64,000 nucleotides of DNA from Vulcanimicrobiota bacterium. Its GTDB lineage: Bacteria > Vulcanimicrobiota > Xenobia > Xenobiales > JADMJV01. The stretch covers positions 27,678 through 91,677 of the forward strand of contig JAEXNA010000219.1 of NCBI GenBank assembly GCA_023447635.1, read 5' to 3'. Under the pieces are notes generated by a model. The model was not told the origin of the DNA, searched no databases, and saw nothing but the letters and a program-made list of their open reading frames with translations. Within the stretch, counting starts at the first letter, position 1, and each line of letters begins with the position of its first letter. The translations under genes and the position numbers were made by a program. Of this stretch, positions 26,916 through 35,846 are shown piece after piece.

Positions 26916-28121
26916 ATGAACATCCTCAACTCGGTACCCGGACTGAACATCATGCGCGGCAAGCAGGTCTCCCGTCGCGACCGCTACCGCTCCGAGTTGA
27001 AGGTCTCCGAGCAAGACCGTAAGGACCATCTGGCCATCGACTGGAACGCCGCCCAGACCCCGTCGCAACTGGTGAAACGTGAGGGCGACAAATACACGCT
27101 TTCGAATTTCCGCTGGGGCTTCAACGAAGATCCCAAGGTCAAGTCGACCGATTGGGCCCCGATCCACGCTGAAACCACCATCGACGCCTCGAAGGTCAAA
27201 GAGGTGTACTTGGCGCTCGAACCCTTCGAGCCCGAGATCGTGGCTGGCCACGGCCTGCTAGTGTTCGAGATGGAAGACGGCAGCGCGGTCCAGAGCGCCG
27301 ACGGACGCGAGGACTTCGGATTCGCGCTCTCCATCGAAGCTCGCCTGCCCAAAGGACAGGAGTACGGCCTGTTCACCGGGATGAAAAAGAACTTTGGAAT
27401 GCTCTACCAGATGGGCTCGCTTTCGGACCAGCTGCAGAAAGTCAGCCGCCAGCGTGGACACAAACTGATCATGCACCGCCTGGAGCTGGACAAAGAGCAG
27501 AAAGAGAAGCTGGTGCACGACGGCCTGAACGCGGCCACCGAAGACCGCCTGGGTGAGTGGTACCACACCTTGACCAACTCGTGCTACACCGGCGGGGTCG
27601 ACCTGATCAACGACGTGGTGCCGGAATCCCAAAAGATGGCTCGCTGGAGCAAACATCTGAAGTTTGCCCGCCTGGCCACCGCTCTGCCCGTGCTGGAAGG
27701 CGCCACCCTCAAGCAAAAGGGCCTGCTGGCCGACGAGCCGATCCTCTCGCTACAGCCGAACGCCGAACTTTACCCTGACGAACAGACCAAAGTGAGCAGC
27801 CTGCAGGCCAACCTGGCCGAAGTCAGTCGCTCGGGCTTCTTCAAACCGGGCCTGCAGTTGGCCGGAGCGGGAGTTGGGGGGGTGGCCGGATACGCTATCG
27901 GCAACAGCTTTGGCTCCGTAGGCGCCCTGATCGGCGCGGGAGCCGGCGCCTTGACCGGATTGTGGGCCGGCGACCGCACCGCCGACATCGTGGCTACCAA
28001 GGCCGACCAGAAGCCGGTCGACGCTCAAGCCTGGTACGCCGCCAAAGGCGGACTGAGCCTGGAAGAAGCGACCGCCCGCCTGAGCAACTCGTCGGCGCCG
28101 GTCGCCTTGATGGCCTCCTGA
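26916..28121 (+). CDS. hypothetical protein with C-terminal glycine-zipper segment
   Basis: 401-aa ORF with SD-like AGGGAGAAAG upstream. C-terminal AGAGVGGVAGYAIGNSFGSVGALIGAGAGALTGLWAG is a glycine-zipper-type membrane segment. The motif HTLTNSCYTGG is present. No confident family. Confidence 0.55.
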   Translation: MNILNSVPGLNIMRGKQVSRRDRYRSELKVSEQDRKDHLAIDWNAAQTPSQLVKREGDKYTLSNFRWGFNEDPKVKSTDWAPIHAETTIDASKVKEVYLALEPFEPEIVAGHGLLVFEMEDGSAVQSADGREDFGFALSIEARLPKGQEYGLFTGMKKNFGMLYQMGSLSDQLQKVSRQRGHKLIMHRLELDKEQKEKLVHDGLNAATEDRLGEWYHTLTNSCYTGGVDLINDVVPESQKMARWSKHLKFARLATALPVLEGATLKQKGLLADEPILSLQPNAELYPDEQTKVSSLQANLAEVSRSGFFKPGLQLAGAGVGGVAGYAIGNSFGSVGALIGAGAGALTGLWAGDRTADIVATKADQKPVDAQAWYAAKGGLSLEEATARLSNSSAPVALMAS

Positions 28122-28194
28122 TCCTCCAACAGGCCTTCCCTCCCCTCCCCCTGAAGTGGAGGGGAATCTCCCCAGAGACGAAAGGCCGCCCGCC

Positions 28195-30921
28195 ATGTCG
28201 GGAATGATGGCTCAGCTCGTCCTCTGGCTGTGGCTTACCATAGCTGGCTTCCTGCTGACCCGCGTCGTTTTACGCGCGAGCAGCCCCTGGATCGTCTTCG
28301 GGTCCGCCCTGCCGGTGGTGATGGTCACCCTGCTAGGGTTGGCGTTTCCGATGGCTCGGCTAGCCGGTCACCCCAGGGGCTGGATGATCGCCGTCCTGAT
28401 CCTGTTCGTGACGACCGTGACGCTGTACGTCAAGCGAGATCGGCTGATCACGACCACGCTCGACGACTTCGGCTTCTCCCCGATCCAGTGGGCCTGCTTC
28501 ATGACCTTGCTCAGCACTGCCTCGCTGGTCATGCACACGCGCGAGGCGCTAGGCCCCGAAGACGACTACTGGATCCACTTCCCTCTGATCTCGCTGCTCC
28601 ATCGGGGCGAGTTTCCCCCTCCCAACCCGTTCTTCTACGACCTGGCTCTGCACGGCCATTTTGGCCGCGACTATCTGATCGCCGTGCTAGGCTGGCTGTC
28701 GGGCGGCGGACTGGCGCTGCTGTCGGGCACCTGGATCTTCAACCATACCCTGCAGGCCAGCGCCTTCTTCCTGGCCTTCGGCCTGGGCAAGCGCGAGGGC
28801 GGGAACGCGGGCGGCTTTTTGATGGCATCGCTGCTCTTTTTCGGCATCTCGGTCGGCAGTCGGGTGGGCCTGATGGACACCTACGACAACAACAACCTGC
28901 TGGTCTACGTGCTGCTGCTCTTGTTTGTGGCCATCGAGTCCGAGCGGTCGCCTGGTCGACCTGCGGACATCTTCCTAACTCTGGCGCTGGGGGTCTACGG
29001 CATCATCTATGAGACCCACATGCTGCTGTTCTTGCTGGTGCTGTGGGCCGGGCCGCTGCTGTGGAGAAAAAGCGGCCCGCTTCACCCTCGAAACTGGAGT
29101 CGCCCGCTGACGCTTTCCCTGGGCAGCCTGGTGGTCGCAGCCCTGTTGGGGGGGCCGATCCAGGACCTGGCCTTGAGGATGGTTGGAGGCAAAGAGGCTC
29201 GCGTCGACCACGCCGCTACCTACCAGGAGCAGCGCGTCCAGATCAGCTTCCCCAAAGCCAACCTGTTCCAGATTCTGGTTGGCCCCGAACGCTACCGACG
29301 TCTGTCTTACGTCTATCAGGGCAAGGCGTTCAGCGGCTTACAGAACGACGGGGTGGGAGAAGGCGAAGACGCTCGTCAGAACTTCCGCTACGCGTTTATC
29401 CTGGGACCGGACGTGCTCTTGATGCACTGGCTGGCTCTTTACCTGGGCCTGCCCGCCGGACTGTGGCTGATCAGGAAGGGCAGCCGGGAGGGCGCGCTGC
29501 TGTGGACTTTCGGCCTGGCCTCGTTCCTGGTTCCGGCCCTGGTCGACTTCGGTCCGGTGCACGAACGGGAGTATTTCCGCTGGGAGTTCGCCGCCGGCTT
29601 CGGTTTCGCCGGCGCCCTGGCCGTGGCCCTGGCTTACCTCTGGCCGCGCGGCAAGGTCGCCAAACTCGTGGTCGTGCTGCTGGCCGTCGCGGTCACTCTG
29701 GGGGGAGAGCGGAAGGTCAACCGCACCTTGATCGAAATCGAGAAGATGCCGGACGACCGCCGCGCCCTGGCCGCCACGCCTTTCTACCCTTCGCCGGAAC
29801 GCTGGGTGCTGGGCAGCAAAGAGCTGCGCATGGATCCCGATCTGCTGGCGGCTTCGCTAGAGCTCAAGAAGCGCTCGCGACCCGAAGACCGGATGCTCAC
29901 GGACCTGGACGCAAGAGCTCACTGGGACATCTTCCGCGAGTCGACGGTGTGCGGACTGGCCGGGCTGCGCTCGGTTGGGCACGTCTCGCCTCCGCCCTGG
30001 ATGCAGGACGGCATCGCTCCGTTTTTCCGCAGTGCGGGCTGGAACTATCTTTGGCAGACCGGCGACCTTCGCGTGCTGCCCTCCCTGGGAGCCCGCTGGC
30101 TGCTGGTGCGCGAGCCGGAGCACCGCGAAATGCTGCGCAAAGCCGCCGCGACTCATCCCGATCTGCTCAAAGAGGTTAGTCAGGTCGGAGAGGTGACTCT
30201 GTGGCGCTACACGGGAACCTTCCTCGGCGAGCCGTCCAACTCGGACCCCGACGCACCCCAACCGGGACTGGTCGCCGTCGAACGCGAGCCCCAGGAAGAA
30301 CTTCAGAGCGAGACGGTCCAGTCCATGACGTTGGTCTTCGACCAGCCTTTGCCCCCGCAGGCCGAAGTGTCGGTCCTGTGGCAACCCGAACCGGGCACCG
30401 ATCCCGGCGGCCCGATCGAGCCCCTGGTGCTTCGCGGGGGCGGTCAAGCTGGAAAAGACGGCTACCGCTTCCCTGGGGCGCTGGTGCCGCCCCTGGTCGA
30501 AGGAAAATACCGCCTGATCGTGTCGACCGTAGACGGCGAGGTCGCTGCCGGGACGCCCGAGGCGCAGAAGGCGCTGACGGTGCAGTTCGACTGGACCCAA
30601 CAGGCCCGCCAGGCCAGCCTCGTTCGCCTGGGCGACGACAAAGCCCGATTCGAGCCCAACGACGGAAAGCTTCAACCGCCCCTGACTCTGGGGATGCGCT
30701 TGTTCCGACTCGACGAGAACCGCTACAACCAGCCGTTCGGCTTCGAGGCGAAAGCCGTCTGGACCGGTCAGCCCGAAGTCACCTTCGTACCCACCGACAA
30801 GGAGTTTAGCTTCCCCATGCCCGACGGTCAGCGCCCCGACTACTTCCTGCTCGACCGCAGCGGCCGGGAAGTTCCCCTGAAGACGGACGAAGGTCGCCGG
30901 GCCGACTCGGGAGAACCCTAA
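28195..30921 (+). CDS. polytopic membrane protein, GT-C-like putative glycosyltransferase with periplasmic C-terminal beta-domain (paralog 1 of 4)
   Basis: ~12-13 TM helices, then ~400 aa soluble. EDDYWIHFPLISLLHRGEFPPPNPFFYDLALHGHFGRD in the first loop (an Asp-rich motif as in GT-C enzymes). DTYDNNNLLVYVLL, YETHMLLFLL, REYFRWEFAAGFGFAGAL. ATG at 28195 (MSGMMAQL...) preferred over the track's 28156. Confidence 0.7.
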   Translation: MSGMMAQLVLWLWLTIAGFLLTRVVLRASSPWIVFGSALPVVMVTLLGLAFPMARLAGHPRGWMIAVLILFVTTVTLYVKRDRLITTTLDDFGFSPIQWACFMTLLSTASLVMHTREALGPEDDYWIHFPLISLLHRGEFPPPNPFFYDLALHGHFGRDYLIAVLGWLSGGGLALLSGTWIFNHTLQASAFFLAFGLGKREGGNAGGFLMASLLFFGISVGSRVGLMDTYDNNNLLVYVLLLLFVAIESERSPGRPADIFLTLALGVYGIIYETHMLLFLLVLWAGPLLWRKSGPLHPRNWSRPLTLSLGSLVVAALLGGPIQDLALRMVGGKEARVDHAATYQEQRVQISFPKANLFQILVGPERYRRLSYVYQGKAFSGLQNDGVGEGEDARQNFRYAFILGPDVLLMHWLALYLGLPAGLWLIRKGSREGALLWTFGLASFLVPALVDFGPVHEREYFRWEFAAGFGFAGALAVALAYLWPRGKVAKLVVVLLAVAVTLGGERKVNRTLIEIEKMPDDRRALAATPFYPSPERWVLGSKELRMDPDLLAASLELKKRSRPEDRMLTDLDARAHWDIFRESTVCGLAGLRSVGHVSPPPWMQDGIAPFFRSAGWNYLWQTGDLRVLPSLGARWLLVREPEHREMLRKAAATHPDLLKEVSQVGEVTLWRYTGTFLGEPSNSDPDAPQPGLVAVEREPQEELQSETVQSMTLVFDQPLPPQAEVSVLWQPEPGTDPGGPIEPLVLRGGGQAGKDGYRFPGALVPPLVEGKYRLIVSTVDGEVAAGTPEAQKALTVQFDWTQQARQASLVRLGDDKARFEPNDGKLQPPLTLGMRLFRLDENRYNQPFGFEAKAVWTGQPEVTFVPTDKEFSFPMPDGQRPDYFLLDRSGREVPLKTDEGRRADSGEP

Positions 30922-30928
30922 GCGACCC

Positions 30929-31858
30929 ATGAGTGATGAAGAAGACGAGGACGAAGGCGGAAGACGGCGGCGAGCGCCGCTATCCCGCTCCCGTCGGCTA
31001 AGCTCCCGCCGCCGTCGCAAATCCGGAGACGAAGACGAAGAAGAAGGCGCAGAAGAGGAAGGTGGAGGCTCGGAGGCCGCCGAGGAAGAGCCGCTTCCTT
31101 CCGCCGTCCCAGAGCCAACGGCTGCGGACGACGAGCCCGAGTTTACCCGCGCCGTCAGCCTGCCCTCGGCGCCCGTTGGCGGCGGCTCGGACTTCCCCAT
31201 GGAGGGCCCTCCGGCGGCCGAACGTTGGGCCGGCTTCGCCGGTGCGGCGCGTCGCTTCGGCGCCAACTTCTCGCATTTTCTGTTCGGCCTGGGCCGCTCG
31301 GCCCAGGAGCAGGGACAGACCTTTGGCCGCGAGGTGGTCAAGCCGTTCTCCAGCGCTCTGCTGGAAGCCGCCATCTCGCTGGCGCTGCTGTTCGTGATGG
31401 TCGCCGTGGGCGTCTACTCGGGCCGCTATTTGAAGCTGGCTTCGGTGGGCAAGACCTCGCTAGCCCAACTCGAGCATAAGGTCACGCAGTCCGACGCCCA
31501 ACTCGACGTATCGGCCTTCTCGGAAGGGTTTGACACCAAAGACCTGCACGCCAAGGCGAACCGGGTGCTGATCAACTATCTCAAAGCGCTGCAAGACCAG
31601 GACTACCGGGCCGCCTACGACATGCTCAGCCCGGAATGGCGCCAGGAGCTAGCGTTCGAAGATTTCCAGGCCGGCTACCAAACCACGAGCGTGCTGACCT
31701 ACGATATCGGGCAGGCAGAAACGGTGGACGCTCGTCACGTGCGGATCAAAGCCGAAGTCGAAGTCGAAGAAGGCGGCCAGAAAAAGATTCTCGAGGCGCT
31801 GTACCTGGCCGTGCTCTCGCCCCAGGGCTGGCGACTCGACGGCAGCACCTACCGCTAA
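30929..31858 (+). CDS. hypothetical single-pass membrane protein with charge-segregated low-complexity N-terminus
   Basis: N-terminus MSDEEDEDEGGRRRRAPLSRSRRLSSRRRRKSGDEDEEEGAEEEGGGSEAAEEE. One TM helix (AISLALLFVMVAVGVYSG). ~150-aa C-terminal domain. Starts 7 nt after GT-C-like paralog 1. Confidence 0.55.
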   Translation: MSDEEDEDEGGRRRRAPLSRSRRLSSRRRRKSGDEDEEEGAEEEGGGSEAAEEEPLPSAVPEPTAADDEPEFTRAVSLPSAPVGGGSDFPMEGPPAAERWAGFAGAARRFGANFSHFLFGLGRSAQEQGQTFGREVVKPFSSALLEAAISLALLFVMVAVGVYSGRYLKLASVGKTSLAQLEHKVTQSDAQLDVSAFSEGFDTKDLHAKANRVLINYLKALQDQDYRAAYDMLSPEWRQELAFEDFQAGYQTTSVLTYDIGQAETVDARHVRIKAEVEVEEGGQKKILEALYLAVLSPQGWRLDGSTYR

Positions 31859-31861
31859 CTC

Positions 31862-31900
31862 CGAGTCTTCAGAATACCGGGAATTAGGGCTTCCCGTTGG
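31862..31900. terminator. possible bidirectional hairpin in the 46-bp convergent gap
   Basis: TAGGGC-ttcccgttggg-GCCCTA inverted repeat between convergent genes 30929..31858 (+) and 31905..32795 (-). No U-tract. Confidence 0.2.
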
Positions 31901-31904
31901 GGCC

Positions 31905-32795
31905 CTAGAGCTTACGCGCTAGCACGCGGTAGGAGCCTAGCACCGGCAAGCGGAGCGGAATATCCGCCAGTGAGGTGCGCAGCAGCGGCTTCAACCAGAC
32001 GTGCCCGGTGTGGTGGTAGACACTGGACAGGCTCATCCACTGGGACTCCGTTTCCATTTCGAGCGTCTCGAAGCCGTGTTCGGCCAGCAGCGACGTCACG
32101 TGCTCGGCGTTCATAAAGTACAGGGCGTTAGGGGTCTTCTTGAATCGCCCTTTGAGATAGCGCGCCCAGTGGTCGTAGGCGTGGAAGTTCATCGCTAAAA
32201 GCCCGCCCGGAGCGAGCCACTGGGCCGAGCGAGCGAAAGTCTGGCGGGGGTTGTCGAAGTTCGAGTCGCAGCCCCAGGCGGCCAAACCGTGAAAACCGGT
32301 CCCTTCAAACTCGGCGTCTTCGACGAACCCCTGCCGCACCTTGACCCGCCCCGAAAACTTGCTGTCCGTTAGACGAGCCATCGACTGGGAAAGCTCCAGC
32401 CCTTCGGCCGCCACCTGCTGATCAGCCAACGCCTCGAGGAAGTAGCCCGCGGCCGAGCCGACTTCGAGCACGCGAAGAGTCTCGTCCCTATGGTATCGCC
32501 GAAGATGACCCACCAGCCAGGCCGCTCGGGCTTGCGCCGTTTTGCGACGCCAGGTTTCGTCGGCCAGATAGTCGCGGTAACCGCTTTCCCCCTGCCAATA
32601 GCTGACCGAGTCGTAGAGCGCCGAGAGGGCATGGGCGGAAGGGCGCGGGTCCAGATACACCAGAGAACAGTCCGTACAGCGAACCCAGCGCAGGTGCAGT
32701 TCCCCCAGGCCGGTTCCGACCTCTTGCTCGGTCCGCCGACGATCGCTACCACAGAGATAGCAGCAGCGCTGATCGACAAACTGGGCGCCGTTCAT
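31905..32795 (-). CDS. class I SAM-dependent methyltransferase with N-terminal Cys4 zinc ribbon
   Basis: CxxC...CxxC (CYLCGSD...CTDCS), then motif I VLEVGSAAGYFLEAL and motif II/III-like GGLLAMNF. 4-nt overlap with the downstream GT-C-like paralog 2 (32792..32795). Confidence 0.75.
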   Translation of the reverse strand: MNGAQFVDQRCCYLCGSDRRRTEQEVGTGLGELHLRWVRCTDCSLVYLDPRPSAHALSALYDSVSYWQGESGYRDYLADETWRRKTAQARAAWLVGHLRRYHRDETLRVLEVGSAAGYFLEALADQQVAAEGLELSQSMARLTDSKFSGRVKVRQGFVEDAEFEGTGFHGLAAWGCDSNFDNPRQTFARSAQWLAPGGLLAMNFHAYDHWARYLKGRFKKTPNALYFMNAEHVTSLLAEHGFETLEMETESQWMSLSSVYHHTGHVWLKPLLRTSLADIPLRLPVLGSYRVLARKL

Positions 32796-35689
32796 CCACG
32801 CCCCTCGACCACGGTAATACGTGAGGAAGGCAGCTTCAGCGGCACACGCGCCCCGGTGGCTTTGTCGAAAATTTCCAACTCCAGATCATAGGTGCCCAGT
32901 CGCCAGGGCGCGGTGATGTTCCACCGAAGACCCTGGGTCCCTCCCTGATCCAATCGTAAAAGTAGGGGGGTCGAGACACGGTCGAGTTCCCACACATAGT
33001 CCGCGTCGACCTGACGAATTCGGGTCAGCAGTTCCAACTCTCCCTGGCTGTCCACCGCCTGTTCCGAGTTCAAGGTCAGACGCAGCGGCACGAAGCCCTT
33101 CGGAGGCACATCGCCGGGAGTCTCCAGCGTCGCCACCAGTCCCTCTAACCGCTTCTGCAGCGAAAGGTTCAGGGGGAAATCGAAAATCTTTTCTCCCCCG
33201 GCCGGCCCGGTCATCAACTCGCCCACGACCCGGAAGTCGCCTTCCACGATGGGAGTCACGAAGACCACGTCGTGCAGGTCTCCGGTTCGGGAGGGTAGCG
33301 GGTTCACCCCGAGCAGGTAGAACAGCGGATCGGTAGCGTCGCGTCCGTCCCCGTCGACCACCCGAATCCGCAGCCAGCCCAGGCGCGCCGATCGGTCCCG
33401 CGGGTTGAAAGCCGAAACTCGAAGGCCGTAAGGCTGACCACAGCGCCACTCCCGCGAGCCCAGAGCGGCTAACGGGCGAGTCTTGCCGGCCTCCAAAAAC
33501 AGCGTTTGGGTGCGAAAAGGCGGTTGAGAAGCCAGCCGGGAGACGGCCAGCGAAGGCGGGGGGTCCAGTCGCCACAGTTCGCGGGTTCGTCCGTCCGGGT
33601 CGACCTCTCGGCCCGCCAACAGGGCGTGGGGCGAGCGCACCAGCGCCTCGTCGAGAGCGCTACCCTTGGGGTCCAGAGTCAGCCAGTCGATCTCGCTGTT
33701 CCAAAGCAGATCGGGTCGCCCGCTCGCCGTCAACGCTTTTTCCAGACTGGACCGGTGGTAGTTGGGATGGGCGTGCAGTCGCCGTCCCTCCGGGGGATGA
33801 GCCCGACCCGCCATGCGCGCTCCGGTCAGCGCTGACACTACACAGTCGGGCCAGAGACCAAGGGGCGACTCCGAGCCCAGGTTGGTCAACACGGTCTCGC
33901 CGGGCAAGATCTGACCCGCCAGTCGATGAGCCAGACGCAGGTCGGCGGGACCGACCCCCAACTCGGGTCGGGCCGCCCGCCAGTCATCGGCGTAGAACGA
34001 AGGCCAACCGTGCTTTTGAATCTCGATGATCGCGCCGTTGACCATTTTCTCACCCGGCCAGAGCGCAAAAAACAGCAGCGTCCAGCCCAGAGCGACCAGG
34101 GCCGCCTTGCGGGTCAGGGTAACCTCTAAAGCGCCTTCGTCCGTTCTGCGCAGGCGACCCCATCCCGGCGTCTCGATCAGACTGCCGCAGAATAGACCCA
34201 GCGGGACCGCCAGGGCGAAGCCGGCGGCGAACTCCCAGCGGAAGTACTCCCATTCGTAAACCGGACCGAAATCGATCAAGCCCGGAACCAGATACGCGCA
34301 AGCTCCGAAAGCCCAGAAAGCCAGCCCCGGCCAATGCCGCCGCCGAAGACACCAGGCCAGGGTCAGGGGGGCCAGAAAAACCGGCAGCCAGTGGGTGGCC
34401 AGCAGAGCCGGCGAGAAGATGTTGACGTACCCTTCCCCTTCGATCGAAGGGGTCAGGTCCCGGAACGGGTCGAGCCGAAAGCCGGGCGAGATACGAGTGT
34501 ACTCGGCGGCAGTCGCCAGCACGCAGAACAGGTCCTTCTTGGGAAACTTCATGCTGACGTGCTGACCCTTGTTGGTGTCGGACTGCGAGGCCGCCCCCGT
34601 CGTCCGACGAGAGCGAACCATATCGGTGATCGGACCGCCTTCCGTGCAGGCCAGCAGCAGCGCTACACCGACCGTGACGGCAACGCTTGTCAGCAGTCGC
34701 CTGCGGTTCTTGCTGACCTGCCAGGCCGGAATCAGCAAGACCAGGCCAGTCAGCAGAAACAGACCGAAGTGGGTCTCATAGACCAGCTGATACGTCCCTA
34801 GCAGATACCCAGCCACGCAGCCCAGCCCCACGGGGTTGCCCGGCCGCTCGGTGGGCAGCAGGTCGAAAACACGGAGCATCACGTAAAAGAGCAGAACCGC
34901 CAGGACATAAACCAGCCCGTTGTTGCCGTCAAAACAGTCGGCCAGACCGATCCGGAAACCGACGCAAGCGCCAAAAAACGGCATGGCCAGAGCGGCCAGC
35001 GTGCTTGCCGCGCCGTCCCCCCAGCGCCGAAAGATAGCCAGCAAGACGCCGCAGCAGCTCAGGGCTAGCAAGGGGTTCAGCCACCATACCGGGAGCAGAG
35101 GGTCCCAGCCCCTGGGAAGCAAGGTTCCGATCAGGAGATCGCGACCGTAGTGGCCATGCATCTCGACCTCGGGAAAAAACGGGTGAACGGGCGGGAAGAT
35201 GCCCAGGGTGTAGCCGGCGATCAGCGGTTCGTGAATCCAGTTGTCGGTGTCGAGCAAAAAAAGCTGGGCGAAGACTACATAGCCCACCACCGCGACCACC
35301 AGGAGCGCCAGCGTGAACAGCCAGGCCCGCCCCGGCATCCGCCTTGACCCCGAGGAAGCCACCTCTGGCGTCGCTTCACCGCCCCCGTCTATCGCGGCGG
35401 CTCCTTCGAGCGGCGATCCTTCCGGTTTGTCGCCGCCGCCAGGTCGGCCGCGACGAAGCGCAGACCAGTCGAGCAGCAAGAGCAGACCTAGCCCACCCGA
35501 CAGGAACAGTGTGGGCCAGCGCCCCTGAACCGGCCCCCAAAGGTTGGCGCCGCCGATGATCACCAGGCAGGCGATCAGAGGAGCCAGACTTATCGCCTCC
35601 CAGGCGCGCTGGGCGCCCAGGAATCGGCGACTGACTCCGTAGCCAAAAAGGACCGCGGAAGCAAAGAGAAGGAGCGAGACAGGCATGGG
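32792..35689 (-). CDS. polytopic membrane protein, GT-C-like putative glycosyltransferase with periplasmic C-terminal domain (paralog 2 of 4)
   Basis: DNWIHEPLIAGYTLGIFPPVHPFFPEVEMHGHYGRD, DCFDGNNGLVYVLAVLL, YETHFGLFLL, WEYFRWEFAAGFALAV. ~500-aa C-terminal soluble region. The track start at 35773 adds 28 non-hydrophobic residues. ATG at ~35689 (MPVSLLLFASAVLF) looks more natural. Confidence 0.7.
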   Translation of the reverse strand, partial: PMPVSLLLFASAVLFGYGVSRRFLGAQRAWEAISLAPLIACLVIIGGANLWGPVQGRWPTLFLSGGLGLLLLLDWSALRRGRPGGGDKPEGSPLEGAAAIDGGGEATPEVASSGSRRMPGRAWLFTLALLVVAVVGYVVFAQLFLLDTDNWIHEPLIAGYTLGIFPPVHPFFPEVEMHGHYGRDLLIGTLLPRGWDPLLPVWWLNPLLALSCCGVLLAIFRRWGDGAASTLAALAMPFFGACVGFRIGLADCFDGNNGLVYVLAVLLFYVMLRVFDLLPTERPGNPVGLGCVAGYLLGTYQLVYETHFGLFLLTGLVLLIPAWQVSKNRRRLLTSVAVTVGVALLLACTEGGPITDMVRSRRTTGAASQSDTNKGQHVSMKFPKKDLFCVLATAAEYTRISPGFRLDPFRDLTPSIEGEGYVNIFSPALLATHWLPVFLAPLTLAWCLRRRHWPGLAFWAFGACAYLVPGLIDFGPVYEWEYFRWEFAAGFALAVPLGLFCGSLIETPGWGRLRRTDEGALEVTLTRKAALVALGWTLLFFALWPGEKMVNGAIIEIQKHGWPSFYADDWRAARPELGVGPADLRLAHRLAGQILPGETVLTNLGSESPLGLWPDCVVSALTGARMAGRAHPPEGRRLHAHPNYHRSSLEKALTASGRPDLLWNSEIDWLTLDPKGSALDEALVRSPHALLAGREVDPDGRTRELWRLDPPPSLAVSRLASQPPFRTQTLFLEAGKTRPLAALGSREWRCGQPYGLRVSAFNPRDRSARLGWLRIRVVDGDGRDATDPLFYLLGVNPLPSRTGDLHDVVFVTPIVEGDFRVVGELMTGPAGGEKIFDFPLNLSLQKRLEGLVATLETPGDVPPKGFVPLRLTLNSEQAVDSQGELELLTRIRQVDADYVWELDRVSTPLLLRLDQGGTQGLRWNITAPWRLGTYDLELEIFDKATGARVPLKLPSSRITVVEGRG

Positions 35690-35846
35690 TACCCCGGCCG
35701 GTTCTGTTCCGCCCTTCTCGCCCCTGCTTCCACCCTCAATCCCCTGGCACGCACCTGTACGGCGAGGGGGCATACCGCAGGCCTACCCGGGTGGGGAATT
35801 CCCGAGCGGGGCGAGGAAGCTTCCGGAGGTTGGAGAATGTCGCCAT

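Noticed and set aside
35685-35846. 5' extensions of track ORFs for the GspF-like (35685), GT-C paralog 4 (39798), LysM (56215), paralog 1 (28156) and 61831 genes
   Set aside because: Each extension overlaps the preceding or divergent gene and encodes non-hydrophobic, low-complexity residues. In each case an internal ATG/GTG with a purine-rich upstream element starts the recognisable protein.
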